A DNA stretch of 64,000 nt from Octopus sinensis (Eukaryota), in assembly GCF_006345805.1 (NCBI RefSeq), contig NW_021832384.1, forward strand, positions 131,238 to 195,237, read 5' to 3'. Below are positions 1 through 13,295 of this stretch, piece by piece. The notes below the pieces were generated by a model that saw only the letters and a list, made by a program, of their open reading frames with translations, was not told the DNA's origin and did not search any database. The translations under genes and the position numbers were made by a program. Numbering within the stretch: position 1 is the first letter of the stretch; each line of letters starts with the position of its first letter.

Positions 1-356
1 AGCGGGTTCGCGGTCATAGGATCGCTGTTTCGATTCCCAGACCGGGCGTTGTGAGTGTTTATTGAGCGAAAATACCTAAAAGCCCCACGAGGCTCCGGCA
101 GGGGATGGTGGTGATCCCTGCTGTACTCTTTCACCACAACTTTCTCTCACTCTTACTTCCTGTTTCTGTTGTACCTGTATTTCAAGGGGCCGGCCTTGTC
201 ACTCTCTGTGTCACGCTGAATATCCGGAAGAACTACGTTAAGGTTACATGTGTCTGTGGAGTGCTCAGCCACTTACACGTTAATTTCACGAGCAGGCTGT
301 TCCGTTGATTCGGATCAACCGGAACCCTCATCATTGTAACCGACGGAGTGCTTCCA
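1..356 (+). mobile_element. tRNA-derived SINE, family D (5' end cut by window edge)
   Basis: Near-identical to the full copy at 54969-55350; ends ...gtaaccgacggagtgcttcca. Confidence 0.85.
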
Positions 357-658
357 CATTTGGCTACTTCAGTAGGAATAGAAAGGAGAGGAAAGAGAGA
401 GAGAGAGACTGACTGAATGAGATACATATGACTGTGTGGTTAAGAGATTAGCTTCCAAATCACATAGTCTTCGGTTCAGTCCCCCTTCATGCCAATTCCC
501 CCAACCAAAAGGCACACCCCTCCACAGCTGCATTGTAATCCACAAGGGACCAATTCTTATATACATGTGTGTGTGTGTGTGTCTCTCTGTCTGTCTGTCT
601 GTGTGTCTGTCTGTCTGTGTGTGTGTCTGTATGTATGTGTATGTGTGTGCATATGTAT

Positions 659-1060
659 ATTACTCTTTTACTTGTTTCAGTCATTTGACTGCGGCCATAC
701 TGGAGCACCGCCTTTTAGTCAAGCAAATCGACCCCAGGACTTGTTCTTCGTAAGCCTAGTACTTATTCTATCAGTTTCTTTTGCCGAACTGCTAAGTTAT
801 GTGGATGTAAACACACCAGCATCGGTTGTCAAGCGATGTTGGGGGAGACAAACAGAGACACACATACACACATACACATATACATATACATATATACGAC
901 GGTCTTCTTTCAGTTTCCGTCTACCAAATCCACTCACAAGGCTTCGGTCAGCCCGAGGCTATAGTAGAAGACACTTGCCGAAGGCGCCATGCAGTGGGAC
1001 TGAACCCAGAATTATGCGGTTGTTAAGCAAGCTACTTACCAGACAGCCACTCCTGCGCCT
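659..1060 (-). mobile_element. tRNA-derived SINE, family A (~400 bp with internal TG/CA microsatellite)
   Basis: Head ggcgcaggagtggctg...ggttc(a)gtccc, tail (gagtaaaa)n. Similar copies at about 2340-2720(+), 3460-3830(-), 5462-5850(-), 9780-10180(-), 10488-10770(-), 12067-12510(+), 19187-19495(+), 26168-26600(-), 30388-30782(-), 31405-31985(-), 35668-36092(+), 61602-62025(-). Confidence 0.85.
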
Positions 1061-1469
1061 ATATGTACAAATAAATAAAACATTTAATATATAATCAACA
1101 TTCTGACAAAATTTCTGTTTGTACATACATACATACATACATACATACATACATACCTTTCTTCCTCTCTGTCTGACTGTCTAGATACTTATAACATTTC
1201 TGTTTAGTTGTAACAAAACATATAAGTGTTATGTTCACTCCTGCGTTAGCGTTGTGTGGCCTTGTAGGTTTATCCATGTGCAAGTAATATTTACAGACAG
1301 CCAAAAGATTGATTGAATGAAACCATAATTTCGAAATATAATCCTGTTTACCATTCAGTCATACACACATACATACATACATACATATACATGCATACGT
1401 GTGTGTAGGTATATGTATGTGTACCTATGTTTATATATGTATATGTGTGTATATATATATATGTATACC

Positions 1470-1504
<35 letters not shown>

Positions 1505-1610
1505 GGATATGTGAATAAATATGTATACATATATGTATAAATATATATATATGCATATGAATATTTAATTCACATATGCACATATATACATATACTATAT
1601 ATATGCATAT

Positions 1611-1641
<31 letters not shown>

Positions 1642-1672
1642 CCATGCATATATGTGTATGTATCTGTGTGTG

Positions 1673-1729
<57 letters not shown>

Positions 1730-3035
1730 ATGATGATCTGTGTGTGCACATATATATATATGTATATATATATATACACTCATGTACATATTTATGTAAC
1801 AAAATTTTTATCGTTTTGTATTTTTTTGTTTTTCCTTAGATCTACTCTCACTTGCCAACACTGTTTATGATTTCATTCCCTAATTTATAGATGGAACTGA
1901 TGTATTAAGGCACCAAACATATTATTATTATTATTATTATCATCAGGAAGGCAGCAAGCTTGTTCGAAATGCTTAGTGGCATTTTGTCCCATTTTACGTC
2001 CAAATTCAAATGTCGCCAAGGTCAACTTTGCCTTTCATCCTTTCATGGTTGATAAAATAAGGACCTATTTAGAGTACTTGAATCAATATAATTGACTAGC
2101 CCCTTATTAAAAAATTGCTGGCCTTGTACTTATAGTAGAAAGGATTATTATTATTGTAAAGAGGGCAATCGGTGGTACCATTACTGGAGTTGCAGACAAA
2201 GTGCTCTGTATTTTACATATGACCTATTATGTTTTGAGTTCAAATCCCACCTGGGTAAGTATCAATTAAGAACTGAAATGAAGATGATTATAATTGGCTA
2301 TTCATTATGTTTAAGGCCATGTGCTTTATAAAAGTCCATGACTTTGTGGTTAATAAGCTTGCTTTGCAGTCATGAGATTTTGGGTTCAGTCCCACTGTGT
2401 GGCACCTTGGGCAAGTGTCTTCTACCATAGATCCAGGCTGACTGACAAATGCCTTGTGAATGAATTTGGTAGTTGGAAACTGTGTGGAAGCCCACCGTGT
2501 AATATACATGTATGTATGTGTGTCTTTCGGTATTTGCTGTGTTTGTCTCCACCCGCACCACTTGACAACCGGTGTTGTTTTGTTTTCATCCCTGAAACTT
2601 AACAGTTCGGCAAGAGAGACAGATAGACTATTTGCCAGACTTTGAAAACAAGTCCTGGTGGTGCCCCAGCATGACCACAGTCCAGTGACTGAAACAAATA
2701 AACGATAAAAGATAAGGATAAAAGAATGTAGCTATTTCTTTTTTTTTTTTTTACTTTTCTTCCATATTTTTATCTGATTTTCTCTCAATTTTTTTGTTTA
2801 TTTTATCTTTTACTTTTTTTCATTTTTTAAAATTTCTACTTCTTTCCTTTGTTTTTATTTTTTTCATTTCTGTTTATTCTCTGCATCTTTTTTCTTTCTA
2901 TTCTATCATCTTTTATCATTTCCTCTCACCAATTATAAAATTCCATTGTACTGCATTAATGTAAATTCTCAATCCTCCCCTGCCAACTCAGTTTTTCCTA
3001 TCTCACCCACCTTCCATCTTCATTATATTCTGCAG

Positions 3036-3223
3036 AAATGGAACGCGGTTGGCATTGTGAAGCAGTATAATGCAGATGGCGAGAACTCCATTGATATAGA
3101 ATTCCATGACACCGCAGTGCATCATTCGATACATCTCAACAACAATGTCGGCTACACCATGGCGGATATTTCCAAAGAATGTGTTCTTTTGGGGAGTCCA
3201 AATGATGAAGAATCTGGCCGCAG
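3036..3223 (+). CDS. WDHD1: WDHD1/AND-1/Ctf4 exon (first visible; start of SepB region)
   Basis: tgcAG|AAATGG...CGCAG|GTcagt; encodes KWNAVGIVKQYNADGENSIDIEFHDTAVHHSIHLNNNVGYTMADISKECVLLG, matching vertebrate WDHD1 WNSIGII..NAIDVEFHDTSIHH (recalled); phase 0 to 2. Confidence 0.95.
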
Positions 3224-4499
3224 GTCAGTTCAGATGTTTAGACTTAATATCACCACTGTTGTTGTTGTCGTCACCACCCTCATCATCATCATCATCACCG
3301 TCACCATAGGCGACAAATTGATAACATTATCAGAATGTTAGACACCATGCTTTGCGTTTCTTGTTTCCAGCTTCATTTTTGTGTTGAGTTAAAATCACCC
3401 TGAGGTCACCTTTGCCTCTCATCCCTCCTGAGTATAGATGAAATAAAGTACCAGTGAAGCACTCATTTGACTGTGGCCATGGTGGAGCACTGCCTTAAAG
3501 GGTTTTAGTTGAAGAAATTAACCCCAGGACTTATTCTTTTAAGACTAGTCCTTATTCTATTGGACTCTTTTGCTGAAATGCTAAATTACAGGGGACGTAA
3601 ACATACCAACATCGGTTGTCAAGTGATGGTCGGGGGACAAACACAGATACAAAGACACACACATATGATGGGCTTATTTCAGTTTCTGTCTACCAAATCC
3701 ACGCTCAATGGCTTTGATTGGCCTGAGGCTATAGTAGAAGACACTTGCCTGACGTGCCATGCTGCAGGACTGAACTTGGAACCATGTGGTTGGGAAGCAA
3801 ACTTCTTACCACACAGCCATGCCTGCACCCTTCAACAAATCCCTCATTTTCAATTGACTATGGTCAAGATAATCAACTGACCCCTCCCTCTAATTTTCTG
3901 GCCCTTTTTTCTGTAATTAATTTCACATTAATTTTGATAATTATCATTGCTAATATATAGACACAAGGCCTGAAATTTTAGAAGAGGAAGGTGGGTAATT
4001 ATCCTTTGTAATAATACTTTTGTGTTTTTCTCCGTCACAACATATGAATGAGAAAGGAAGGGGTGATAGATGAATGAATGAGGGAGGGAGGGGTGACGGC
4101 AAACTGTTAGTGGGAGTGTTTCAACTCTGTGTGAGTATATGTGTGTGTATGTTAAAGAGAAGTATGTGAATGTTTGTGTGCATGTGTAATGGAAAATAGA
4201 ATGGTTAACATTCAATGCTGAAAAGAAAAATCAAACAGCGTTTCAACTCTGTGTGAGTATATGTGTGTATGCATGTGCATGTACAAGGGAAGTATGTGAA
4301 CGTTTATGTGTGAAGCAGCAGCATTATCTCAGTAACAAAGAATGATTGATGTCACATCTCAAAAGACATCCACTACATAACATTGACAAGTGTATTAATT
4401 TGATTTACCATCCATATTTATATATAAAATACTACAATTAGTCATCATTTTTGACGGCATGGCGCCAGCTAGTATTAAGTCTATTGTTCATCTGTTACT

Positions 4500-5168
4500 T
4501 ATTTTTTGCCACCTTGCCTGGCCCCTGTGCTGGTGGCACGAAAAAAGCATCATCTGATTGTGGCCGTTGCCAGCCTCGCCTGGCCCCCGTGCTGGTGGCA
4601 CGTAAAAAGCACCATCCAATTGTGGCCGTTTGCCAGCCTCGCCTGGCCCCCATGCTGGTGGCATGTAAAAAGCACCATCCGATTGTGGCCGTTGCCAGCC
4701 TCGCCTGGCCCCCATGCTGGTGGCACGTAAAAAGCACCATCTGATTGTGGCCGTTGCCAGCCTCACCTGGCCCCCATGCTGGTGGCATATAAAAAGCACC
4801 ATCCGATTGTGGCCGTTGCCAGCCTCGCCTGGCCCTCGTGCTGGTGGCATATAAAAAGCACCATCCGATCGTGGCCGTTTGCCAGCCTCGCCTGGCCCCC
4901 GTGCTGGTGGCACGTAAAAAGCACCATCTGATCGTGGCCGTTTGCCAGCCTCGTCTGACACCTGTGCCGGTGGCACGTAAAAAGCACCCACTACACTCAC
5001 TGAGTGGTTGGCGTTAGGAAGGGCATCCAGCTGTAGAAACATTGCCAGATCAGACTGGGCCTGGTGCAGCCTCCTGGCTTCCCAGACCCCAGCTGAACCG
5101 TCCAACCCATGCTAGCATGGAAAGCGGACGCTAAACGAAGATGATGATGATAATGATGATGATGATGA
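4500..5168 (+). mobile_element. RTE LINE 3' UTR fragment with ~7.5 tandem 62-63 bp units and (GAT)n tail
   Basis: ggtggca anchor recurs at 4532, 4594, 4657, 4719, 4781, 4843, 4906, 4969; the downstream ~200 bp matches the 3' end of the RTE at 14738. Confidence 0.88.
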
Positions 5169-5351
5169 AAGGCTGAAAGGTAAAGTTGCCCTCAGGAGAA
5201 TTTGAACTCAGAATTTAAAGCTGGAAGAACCACCGTTAAGCATTGTGTCTGGCATGCTAATGATTTTGCCAGCCTGCCATCTAATTAATTTTTATTATTT
5301 TATAATAAAGCATATTTGAATGTTCTTAGATTTTGGGTCTTCTTTTTGTAG

Positions 5352-5433
5352 CAAGATGACGTGTTTACACTTCGCAGCCTGGGATAATTCCAAAGAATGG
5401 TCCGTTACTCTACCAGAGGAGGAAGAAATTTTG
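5352..5433 (+). CDS. WDHD1: WDHD1 exon
   Basis: ttgtAG|C...TTG|GTaaat; (S)KMTCLHFAAWDNSKEWSVTLPEEEEIL, cf. SKLHCLHFSSWDSSKEW; phase 2 to 0. Confidence 0.93.
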
Positions 5434-5869
5434 GTAAATAATCATATAATAATTTTCTGCTCTTACTCTCTTTACTTGTTTCAGTCATTTGACTGCGGCC
5501 ATGCTGGAGCACCGCCTTTTAGTTGAGCAAATCGACCCCAGGACTTATTCTTTGTAAGCCTAGTACTTATATTCTATCGGTCTCTTTTGCCGAACTGCTA
5601 TGTTACAGGGACGTAAACACACCAGCATCGGTTGTCAAGAGATGTTGGGGAGACAAACTCAGACACACATATATACATATATACAACAGGCTTCTTTTTA
5701 GTTTCTGTCTACCAAATCCACTCACAAGGTTTTGGTCGGTCTGAGGCTATAGAAGAAGACACAATGTCCAAGGTGCCACGCAGTGGGACTGAACCTGGAA
5801 CCATGTGGTTCATAAGTAAGCTACTTACCATGCAGCCATTCCTACGCCTATGCTAATGTTAATAATGAT

Positions 5870-6088
5870 AAACCCTTTTGTTACCATATTTTTATTGAGA
5901 TGCTCTGTGTTTCTTTCAATCATTTTAACTATAACTAAGAATTTAGTAAAATAACTTAGTTATCATTAAGCTAGTGTTAAGAACATAAATTGTAACTAAG
6001 GTTTGGTGAAAGATTTTAATTCAGAAACAAGTAATTTGTACTTCAGAGCCAGAGCTGGTTTCAGCCAGGTTGGTAACAAAAGGGTTAA
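5870..6088. mobile_element. piggyBac-like MITE
   Basis: Ends (t)aaCCCTTTTGTTACC...GGTAACAAAAGGGttaa; same family at 26861, 43793, 45102. Confidence 0.75.
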
Positions 6089-6313
6089 TGCCATTTGTGT
6101 ATATATGTGTGTGTGTATTTGTTAGTGTATTTTTGTATGTGTGTATCTTTTTCTTTTTTGTTAATTATTTGAATTCTTAAGGCAGCAAGCTGGCAGAATC
6201 ATTAGCTTGCCAGACAAAATTTTATTGGCATTTTATCCAGTTTTATATTCTGAGTTCAAATTTTGCTGAAGTCAATTTAGCCTTTCATCCTTTCAGGGTT
6301 GATAAAATAAGTA

Positions 6314-6645
6314 CCGTAAATCCTCGAGTATAGTCCTCCCTTGAGTATAATACGCAGGGGATTTTCAGGGGGCTGTACCTCTGAAAAACCTAAACCTTGT
6401 GTATAATACGCATCCTTCTCTAACTTTAGGGCTTGTGCCTTTAAGGAAAAAGATTATTTGAATTCTTCCTACACAAAAGGAATTGGTTACCAACAAAATA
6501 GTTCCATAGCTGGAATTTAGATAACAGAAACAGTGGAAAGATACATGTCGAACTTTTGGAAAGTCATGTATATTTTTACTGTTCCACTTACAAATTGTCT
6601 TTGCCGTGCGTTTCTTAGCTGGTTACTTTCTTTGAAAACTGCACC
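6314..6645. mobile_element. Tc1/pogo-type non-autonomous element fragment
   Basis: Starts TA|CCGTAAATCCTCGAGTATA, a TIR style typical of pogo/Tigger-like MITEs; inserted in a family-B SINE tail; other end not seen. Confidence 0.45.
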
Positions 6646-6904
6646 ATATGTGTGTGCATGTATGTATGCTTGCATGTACATGTGCATGTATGTATGTGTG
6701 TATGTTTGTATAGGTATGTGTGTAAGTGGTTGTGTGTGTTTCGGTATCTAGTTAGGTGTGTGTGTGTGTATGTATGTATGTATGTATGTATGTATGTATG
6801 TATATATATATATATATATTATATATATATATATATTATATATATATATATAATATAATATAAAAAAAGGAATCAAGAAGTGGACCGAAACGACGAATAA
6901 ATAA

Positions 6905-7091
6905 ATGCATACATACAAACATATATGTACGTACCTACATCTACATGTATATATACATGCATATATAAATAATTATACGTGCCGTTTCTATGTCTTATTG
7001 TAATGTCCTGTACTCACGTATAATTATTTATATATGCATGTATATATACATGTAGATGTAGGTACGTACATATATGTTTGTATGTATGCAT
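6905..7091. repeat. Perfect 77-bp inverted repeat with 33-nt spacer
   Basis: 6905-6981 is the reverse complement of 7015-7091. Confidence 0.9.
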
Positions 7092-7399
7092 ATATTTTTA
7101 TTTATCACCTCTATATATATATATTATATATATATATATATATATAAAACTAACAGAATGAGATAAAATTCCAAGGTTGTGAAAGATTTCAGAACATTTA
7201 TAAATAAGTCTTACACCTTTGGGTCTTCTTGACACCATTACCTCTCATAACCTATATATATATGTGTGTGTGTGTATGTACAGGTAGGACTGTGTGTATG
7301 TATGTAAGTGTATATATGTCTTCAGGTGGGTGCATATATGCGTTTGCATGTAAGCATGTATATATGTTTTAACATGAAACCAATTTGTGTCCTTGACAG

Positions 7400-7565
7400 G
7401 CCGTAACTGCTGCTGAGACATGGGTTGCCATGGCGACCAGTGAACGACTTCTTCGACTCTTTACCATGACGGGCATTCAGAAAGAAATCCTTACTCTTGC
7501 AGGACCTATTGTATGTCTGTCAGGCTTTAAAGACTTCTTGATGGTTGTCTACCATCGAGGCGGCG
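7400..7565 (+). CDS. WDHD1: WDHD1 exon
   Basis: gacAG|GCC...GGCG|GTatgt; AVTAAETWVAMATSERLLRLFTMTGIQKEILTLAGPIVCLSGFKDFLMVVYHRGG; phase 0 to 1. Confidence 0.93.
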
Positions 7566-8057
7566 GTATGTATACCACAGACATTTGCTTGAGATGCTTT
7601 CTTTCTTTACTTCTGTCTGTCTCTCTCTATTTTCTCTCGTTTTTTGTTGTAATAGTTGTTGTGAAAATGATGGCGATCATGATGATGATGATGATGGTGA
7701 TTATTATTGTTATTATCATTATTAGGGCAACAACCAAATTTGAAGTCATCATTATTATTATTCTGAGTTCAAATTCCGCCAAGGTCAACTTTGCCTTTCA
7801 TCTTTTCGGAGTCAATGAAATAGGTACCAGTTACGCACTGGGGGTCGATGTAATTGATTAGCCCCCTATTCCCTCAAAAATTTCAAGGCCTTGTGCCTAG
7901 AGTAAAAATAATAATAATAATAATAATAATTATCAAACTGATTCTGCTGAGGTCCCTTTTGAGGATGATAAAATAAAGTACCAGTTGAGAACTGAGATTG
8001 ATGCAATTGACTTTTCCCTACCCCTAAATTTCAGGCCTTGTGTCTAAATTAGAAAGG

Positions 8058-8076
8058 ATTATTATTATTATTATTA

Positions 8077-8132
<56 letters not shown>

Positions 8133-8690
8133 TATTGAGTGAGAGAGCAGCACATGCCATCAAAGTGAAATTAGGGTACAAATATACAAAGCCCAATATA
8201 CCCATCATGACTACCCGTCTGATAAGGGTACACCAGGCATGTGCATCACAACGATATGTGCGCAGCATGGTGATCTCATATCAAGATAAACAATGCATAA
8301 ACTTGCAGGTAGGGCTCAGTTAGAATTTTCTTCAGGTTGCATAGCCCAACCTACTCAAAAGGCCCCTGTATAAGGTTTGTTTAAGGATGATGAACGAAAT
8401 ACCAATGCTTCCAGAGGTGAATTATTCCAACCCCAAAGAATCCCTCTCAACACATGGCTATGATGCTCCCCCACTACTTCTGCTCGTGATCAGAGATGCA
8501 CATATCGTCAGCCACTAAGGGACATGCTCAACTGGTTAAGGTCAAACAACTGACAAGCAAATCTGTGGCTTTGAGCAGAATATTTGCTGTAGCCCATCTT
8601 TTATACTAAGACAAAGCAATATACATGGTAACACTTCCAATCTGTTAAGATCAGAAACCATGAGAGCCACTGCCTGGTACTGCATCACTG
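8058..8690 (-). mobile_element. 3' fragment of an unclassified LINE-like repeat with (AAT)n tail
   Basis: Shares sequence with 28600-28860 (tgagtgagagagcag...catgactacccgtctgataagggtacaccaggc), both abutting (ATT)n. Confidence 0.55.
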
Positions 8691-8967
8691 CATGCCAAGG
8701 TTGACTTTGGCTTTCATTATTTTGAGGTCAGTGAAATAACTACCAGTTACACACAGGGGTCGATTTCATTGATTTGCCCACCCCTCCCCTCAAATTTCAG
8801 GCCTTGTGCCATAAGTAGAAAGAATTTGCCTTTCATCCTTTCAGGGTCAATAAATTAAGTACCAGTGAAACACTGGGGTCGATGTAATCGACTAATCCTC
8901 TCTCTTAAAATTTCAGGCCTTGTGCCATTAGTAGAAACGATTATTATTACTATTATTATTGTTATTA

Positions 8968-9200
8968 AGGCGGCGAGCTGGCAGAAACGTTAGCACGCTG
9001 GGCGCAATGCTTAGCAATATTTCGTCTGCCGCTACGTTCTGAGTTCAAATTCTGCCGAGGTCGACTTTGCCTTTCATCCTTTCGGGGTCGATTAAATATG
9101 TACCAGTTACGTACTGTGGTCGATGTAATCGATTTAGTCTCTTTGTCTGTCCTTGTTTGTCCCCTGTATGTTTAGCTGCTTGTGGGCAATAAAGAATTGA
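8968..9200 (+). mobile_element. tRNA-derived SINE, family B
   Basis: aaggcggcgagctggcagaaacgttagc head, B-box gagttcaaattc, central ccgaggtcgactttgcctttcatcctttcggggtcga (Meta/Sauria-like domain, inference). Other copies at about 1945, 6178, 7760, 9625, 11405, 23695, 28388, 36110(-), 37478, 43532. Confidence 0.85.
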
Positions 9201-9249
9201 TTATTATTATTGTTATTATTATTATTAGTATTATTATTGTTGATTTCAG

Positions 9250-9364
9250 GTCTTCCTGGTGAACAGTGTTTGGGTATTGACCTTTATCAACTGACATCTA
9301 AGAAGAAATGCATTTTGAAGGATCTGCTTCCTCTTAGTCCCAAGGCTTTCCTTTGCTGGGCCGG
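9250..9364 (+). CDS. WDHD1: WDHD1 exon
   Basis: ttcAG|GT...GG|GTaagc; (G)LPGEQCLGIDLYQLTSKKKCILKDLLPLSPKAFLCWA; phase 1 to 2. Confidence 0.92.
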
Positions 9365-10789
9365 GTAAGCATTGTTTTATGATAAACAACTCTAAGGCAC
9401 CATCTGCATGTTAATTAACAGTTAGGTGGGACAAAACAGTTCTAGAAACATAAAAAAAGAAAAAGCTATTATCAAATATGTAGCGAAAAGATGCTATTAT
9501 TTGATGGTTAATATATATGGGAGACAACTCAGTACGGTTTTCTCATTTTTTTGGAACTCTTTTGTGCAACTTGGTAATATTATTTTCCTTGTCCTGTATA
9601 TTCTTTTATTCGTCTGTCTACATTCTGAGTTCAAATTCCGCCGAGGTCGACTTTACCTTTCATCCTTTCGGGGTCGATAAATTAAGTACCATTTATGTCC
9701 TGGGGTCGATCTAATCGACAGCCCCAACCACTCCCTCAAAATTTCGGGCTTTGTACATAGAGTACAAAAGATGCTTTTATTCTCTTACTTGTTTCAGTCA
9801 TTTGACTGTGGCCATGCTGGAGCACCGCCTTGAAAGGTTTTAGTCGAACAGATTGACCCCAGGGCTTATTATTTTTATAAGCCTAGTAGTTACTTGTTCT
9901 GTTGGTCTGTTTTGCTGAACTGCTAAGCTATTGGGACATAAACACACCAACACCGGTTGTCAAACGGTGATTAGGGTGGACAAACGTAGACACAAAGACA
10001 CATACACACACATTTATGTATTTATATACGATGGGCTTCTTTCAGTTTCCATGTACCAAATCCACTTACAAGGCTCTGGTCAGCCCGAGGCTATAGTAGA
10101 AGACACTTGACCAAAGTGCCATGCAGTGGGACTGAACCCGGCACCATGTGGTTGGGAAGCAAGCTTCTTACCACATAGCATCACCTACTCTACTTTCTCA
10201 TTATTGAGCTTACCTGCCCACTTACTCTACCCAGTCCTCTGTACCACTTATAAACTTACCCCTGTAACTTGTGGGTATGCCCTGACACTTCTCTCTCTCT
10301 CTTTTGCTCCTCTCTTTTCTCAACTGGAGTAGCTATGTATCCCCTCTTCTGCGAGACACCTGTTTTTCTCCCTTTATTATATTCTAACCTTTTATCACCT
10401 GGCAAAAAGCCACTTCTGTCAATATTACAGCCAGAAGAACTTGGTTCAGTCTTCCAACTGGTCAGCTCCTGCCAAACTCTGACCCATACTCTTTTACTTG
10501 TTTCAGTCATTTGACTGTGGCCATGCTGGAGCACCGCCTTTAGTTGAGCAAATCGACCCCAGGACTTACTATTTGTAAGCCTAGTACTTATTTTATCGAT
10601 CTCTTGCTGAACTGCTAAGTTACCGGGAAACAAACACACCAGCATCAGTTGTCAAGCGATGTTGAGTAAACAAACACAGACACACACACACACGTTTATA
10701 CGACGGGCTTCTTTCAGTTTCCGTCTATCAAATCCATTCACAAAGCTTTGGTCGGCCCGAGGCTATAGTAGAACACAATTCAAACCCAG

Positions 10790-10930
10790 GTTTGAAATTT
10801 CCTCAAGACACCTGATGGAGGCTGGAGAGTATATCAGACGAAACGTGTTAGCAACATACAAGATGAGGACAAATATCCATCAATTGTAAATCATGTACAT
10901 AATTCCTCATCTCTTAAATATAGAACTGTG
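10790..10930 (+). mobile_element. Short Penelope-pLTR-like repeat with degenerate hammerhead motif
   Basis: acac-CTGATGG-a-ggctg...cagac-GAAA-CGTG; its 3' part recurs inverted at 56739-56800. Confidence 0.45.
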
Positions 10931-11262
10931 AATGAATAAATATTACATTTGACTGAGTAACCTGAATATTAAAGGGTCAAATGAGTGAGGCAGTTTTATG
11001 CTATGGGTTTAATGGGAGTTAAAACATATGAGAAGGTCCTATTAGAGAACAGTTTTCTCACTATAAGGAGCTACATGACTACTCACATTTTGGAAGGGAG
11101 TGTGAAAATGGTCAGGGTGGAACGGGAAAGAGATAAGATACTGGTGAAGGGTGTCAGGGTGGAGCCTCTTGGTTAGGTGTCAGAATAAAAACAATAAAAC
11201 CATTGCTTAAATTTCTATTGTTGTTGTTGTTATTGTTCAACTGTCTTCCTTTGTTTCTGTAG

Positions 11263-11371
11263 GTTTTCTGCTGAAGGTACCCCATTCTATATGGATTCCA
11301 GTGGCATGCTGAACATGTTGAACCGGAAATTTGGTAACTCTTGGACACCAGCATGTGATACGAAGTCTTTT
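11263..11371 (+). CDS. WDHD1: WDHD1 exon
   Basis: tgtAG|G...TTT|GTaagt; (G)FSAEGTPFYMDSSGMLNMLNRKFGNSWTPACDTKSF, cf. GFSAEGTPCYVDSEG; phase 2 to 0. Confidence 0.95.
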
Positions 11372-12265
11372 GTAAGTATATGAGATTATGGTACAGCTGA
11401 ATAGGCGTCGAGCTGGCAGAATCGTTAGCACGCCGGGCGAAATCTTAGCGTATTTCTGAGTTCAAATTCTGCCGAGGTCAACTTCGCCTTTCATCCTTTT
11501 GGGGTTGATTAAATAAGTACCAGTTACACACTGGTAATTAATCGACTTAATCCATTTGTCCTTGTTTGTCCCCTTTGTGTGTAGCCCCTTGTGAGCAGTA
11601 AAGAAATAGGTACAGCTGAATGGTAGAGAAGCTGACTTTACAACCAACACTATGGACTTGGGTCCAGTCCCACTGAATGGAACCTTGAGCAAATGTCTCT
11701 TAAGCAAAATTTTGTATTGACCAAAGCTTTGTGAGTGAAATTTGATTGATTGAAATCGTGCTGAAGCCCGTGGTAAGGGTGTTGCAATCACAATTGCCAG
11801 ATTGTGGTCTTGATTCTCAGACCAGTGATACATTGTATTGTTTTGCAAAACACTTCATTTCATATTGCTCCAGTCTACTCAGCTGAAAATATGTTATCCA
11901 GTGAGCAACTGGTATAGGGTTTAGGGAGAATGTTGGCCTGCCCACCTCACCAGCTGGATAGTATAATTTGAAAGCTACAAAAATTTGAGAAAGCAAGCAG
12001 ATTGTGATCAGCATAACATTCAATGCCTGGTTGATGTATATATATGTATATATATATAGAGAGAGAGGCAGGAGTGGCTGTGTGGTAAGTAGCTTGCTTA
12101 TCAACCGGGTTTGTTCTCACTGTGTGGAACCTTGGGCAAGTGTCTTCTACTATAGCCTCAGGCTGACCAAAGCCTTGTGAGTGGATTTGGTATATGAAAA
12201 CTGAAGGAAGCCTGTCGTATATATATATATGTGTGTGTGTGTGTATATATATATGTGTGTGTGTG

Positions 12266-12302
<37 letters not shown>

Positions 12303-12892
12303 ATTTGTATAATGTTTGTGTGTCTGTCCCCCCCAGCATCCCTTGACAACTGATGCTGGTGTGTTTAGTCCCCATAACTTAGCAGTTCGGCAAAAGAGAC
12401 CGATAGAATAAGTACTAGGCTTAGAAAGAATAAGTCCTGGGGTTGATTTGCTCGACTAAAGGCGGTGCTCCAGCATGGCCGCAGTCAGATGACTGAAACA
12501 AATAAAAGAGAGAGTATATACACACATATATGTGTGTGTGTGTGTGTGTGTAGATACTGTGACTGCCTCATAGAGCCAGTGACTAGTGACCAAGATCTTT
12601 GGTAATACACCATGCTTAAAAAGGCCTTTCAAGCCAAGTGAGATTATGGTTGTGGCTGAAACTGGTGTTTCTTTACTGACACCTGTGCCAGTTCCACGTA
12701 AAAGGCACCCACTACACTCTTGGAGTGGTTAGCATTAGGCAGGGCATCCAGCTGTAGAAACCATGCCAAATCAGATTGGAACCTGGTGCAGCTTTCCAGA
12801 TTACCAGTTCTCAGTCAAACCGTCCAACCCATACCAGCATGGAAAACAGACTTTAAATGATGATGACGATGATATATATGCATGTGTATATA

Positions 12893-13295
12893 TACTCTTT
12901 TTACTCTTTTACTTGTTTCAGTCATTTGACTGCGGCCATGCTGGAGCACCGCCTTTAGTCGAGCAAATCGACCCCGGGACTTATTCTTTGTAAGCCCAGT
13001 ACTTATTCTATCGGTCTCTTTTGCCGAACCGCTAAGTGACGGGGACGTAAACACACCAGCATCGGTTGTCAAGCAATGCTAGGGGGACAAACACAGACAC
13101 ACAAACATATACACACACACTTACATATATATACACATATACGACAAGCTTCTTTCAGTTTCCGTCTACCAAATCCACTCACAAGGCATCGGTCGGCCCG
13201 GGGCTATAGCAGAAGACACTTACCCAAGATGCCACGCAGTGGGACTGAACCCGGAACCATGTGGTTGGTTAGCAAGCTACTTACCACACAGCCAC
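12893..13295 (-). mobile_element. Family A SINE, young subfamily
   Basis: CpG-intact; diagnostic variants (aagcaatgctagggggac, cccaagatgccacgc) shared with 44200-44600 and 45563-46002. Confidence 0.85.

Noticed and set aside
4500-4985. Regularly spaced repeats resembling a CRISPR array
   Set aside because: Contiguous tandem 62-63 bp units with no unique spacers, inside a LINE 3' UTR in a eukaryotic genome.
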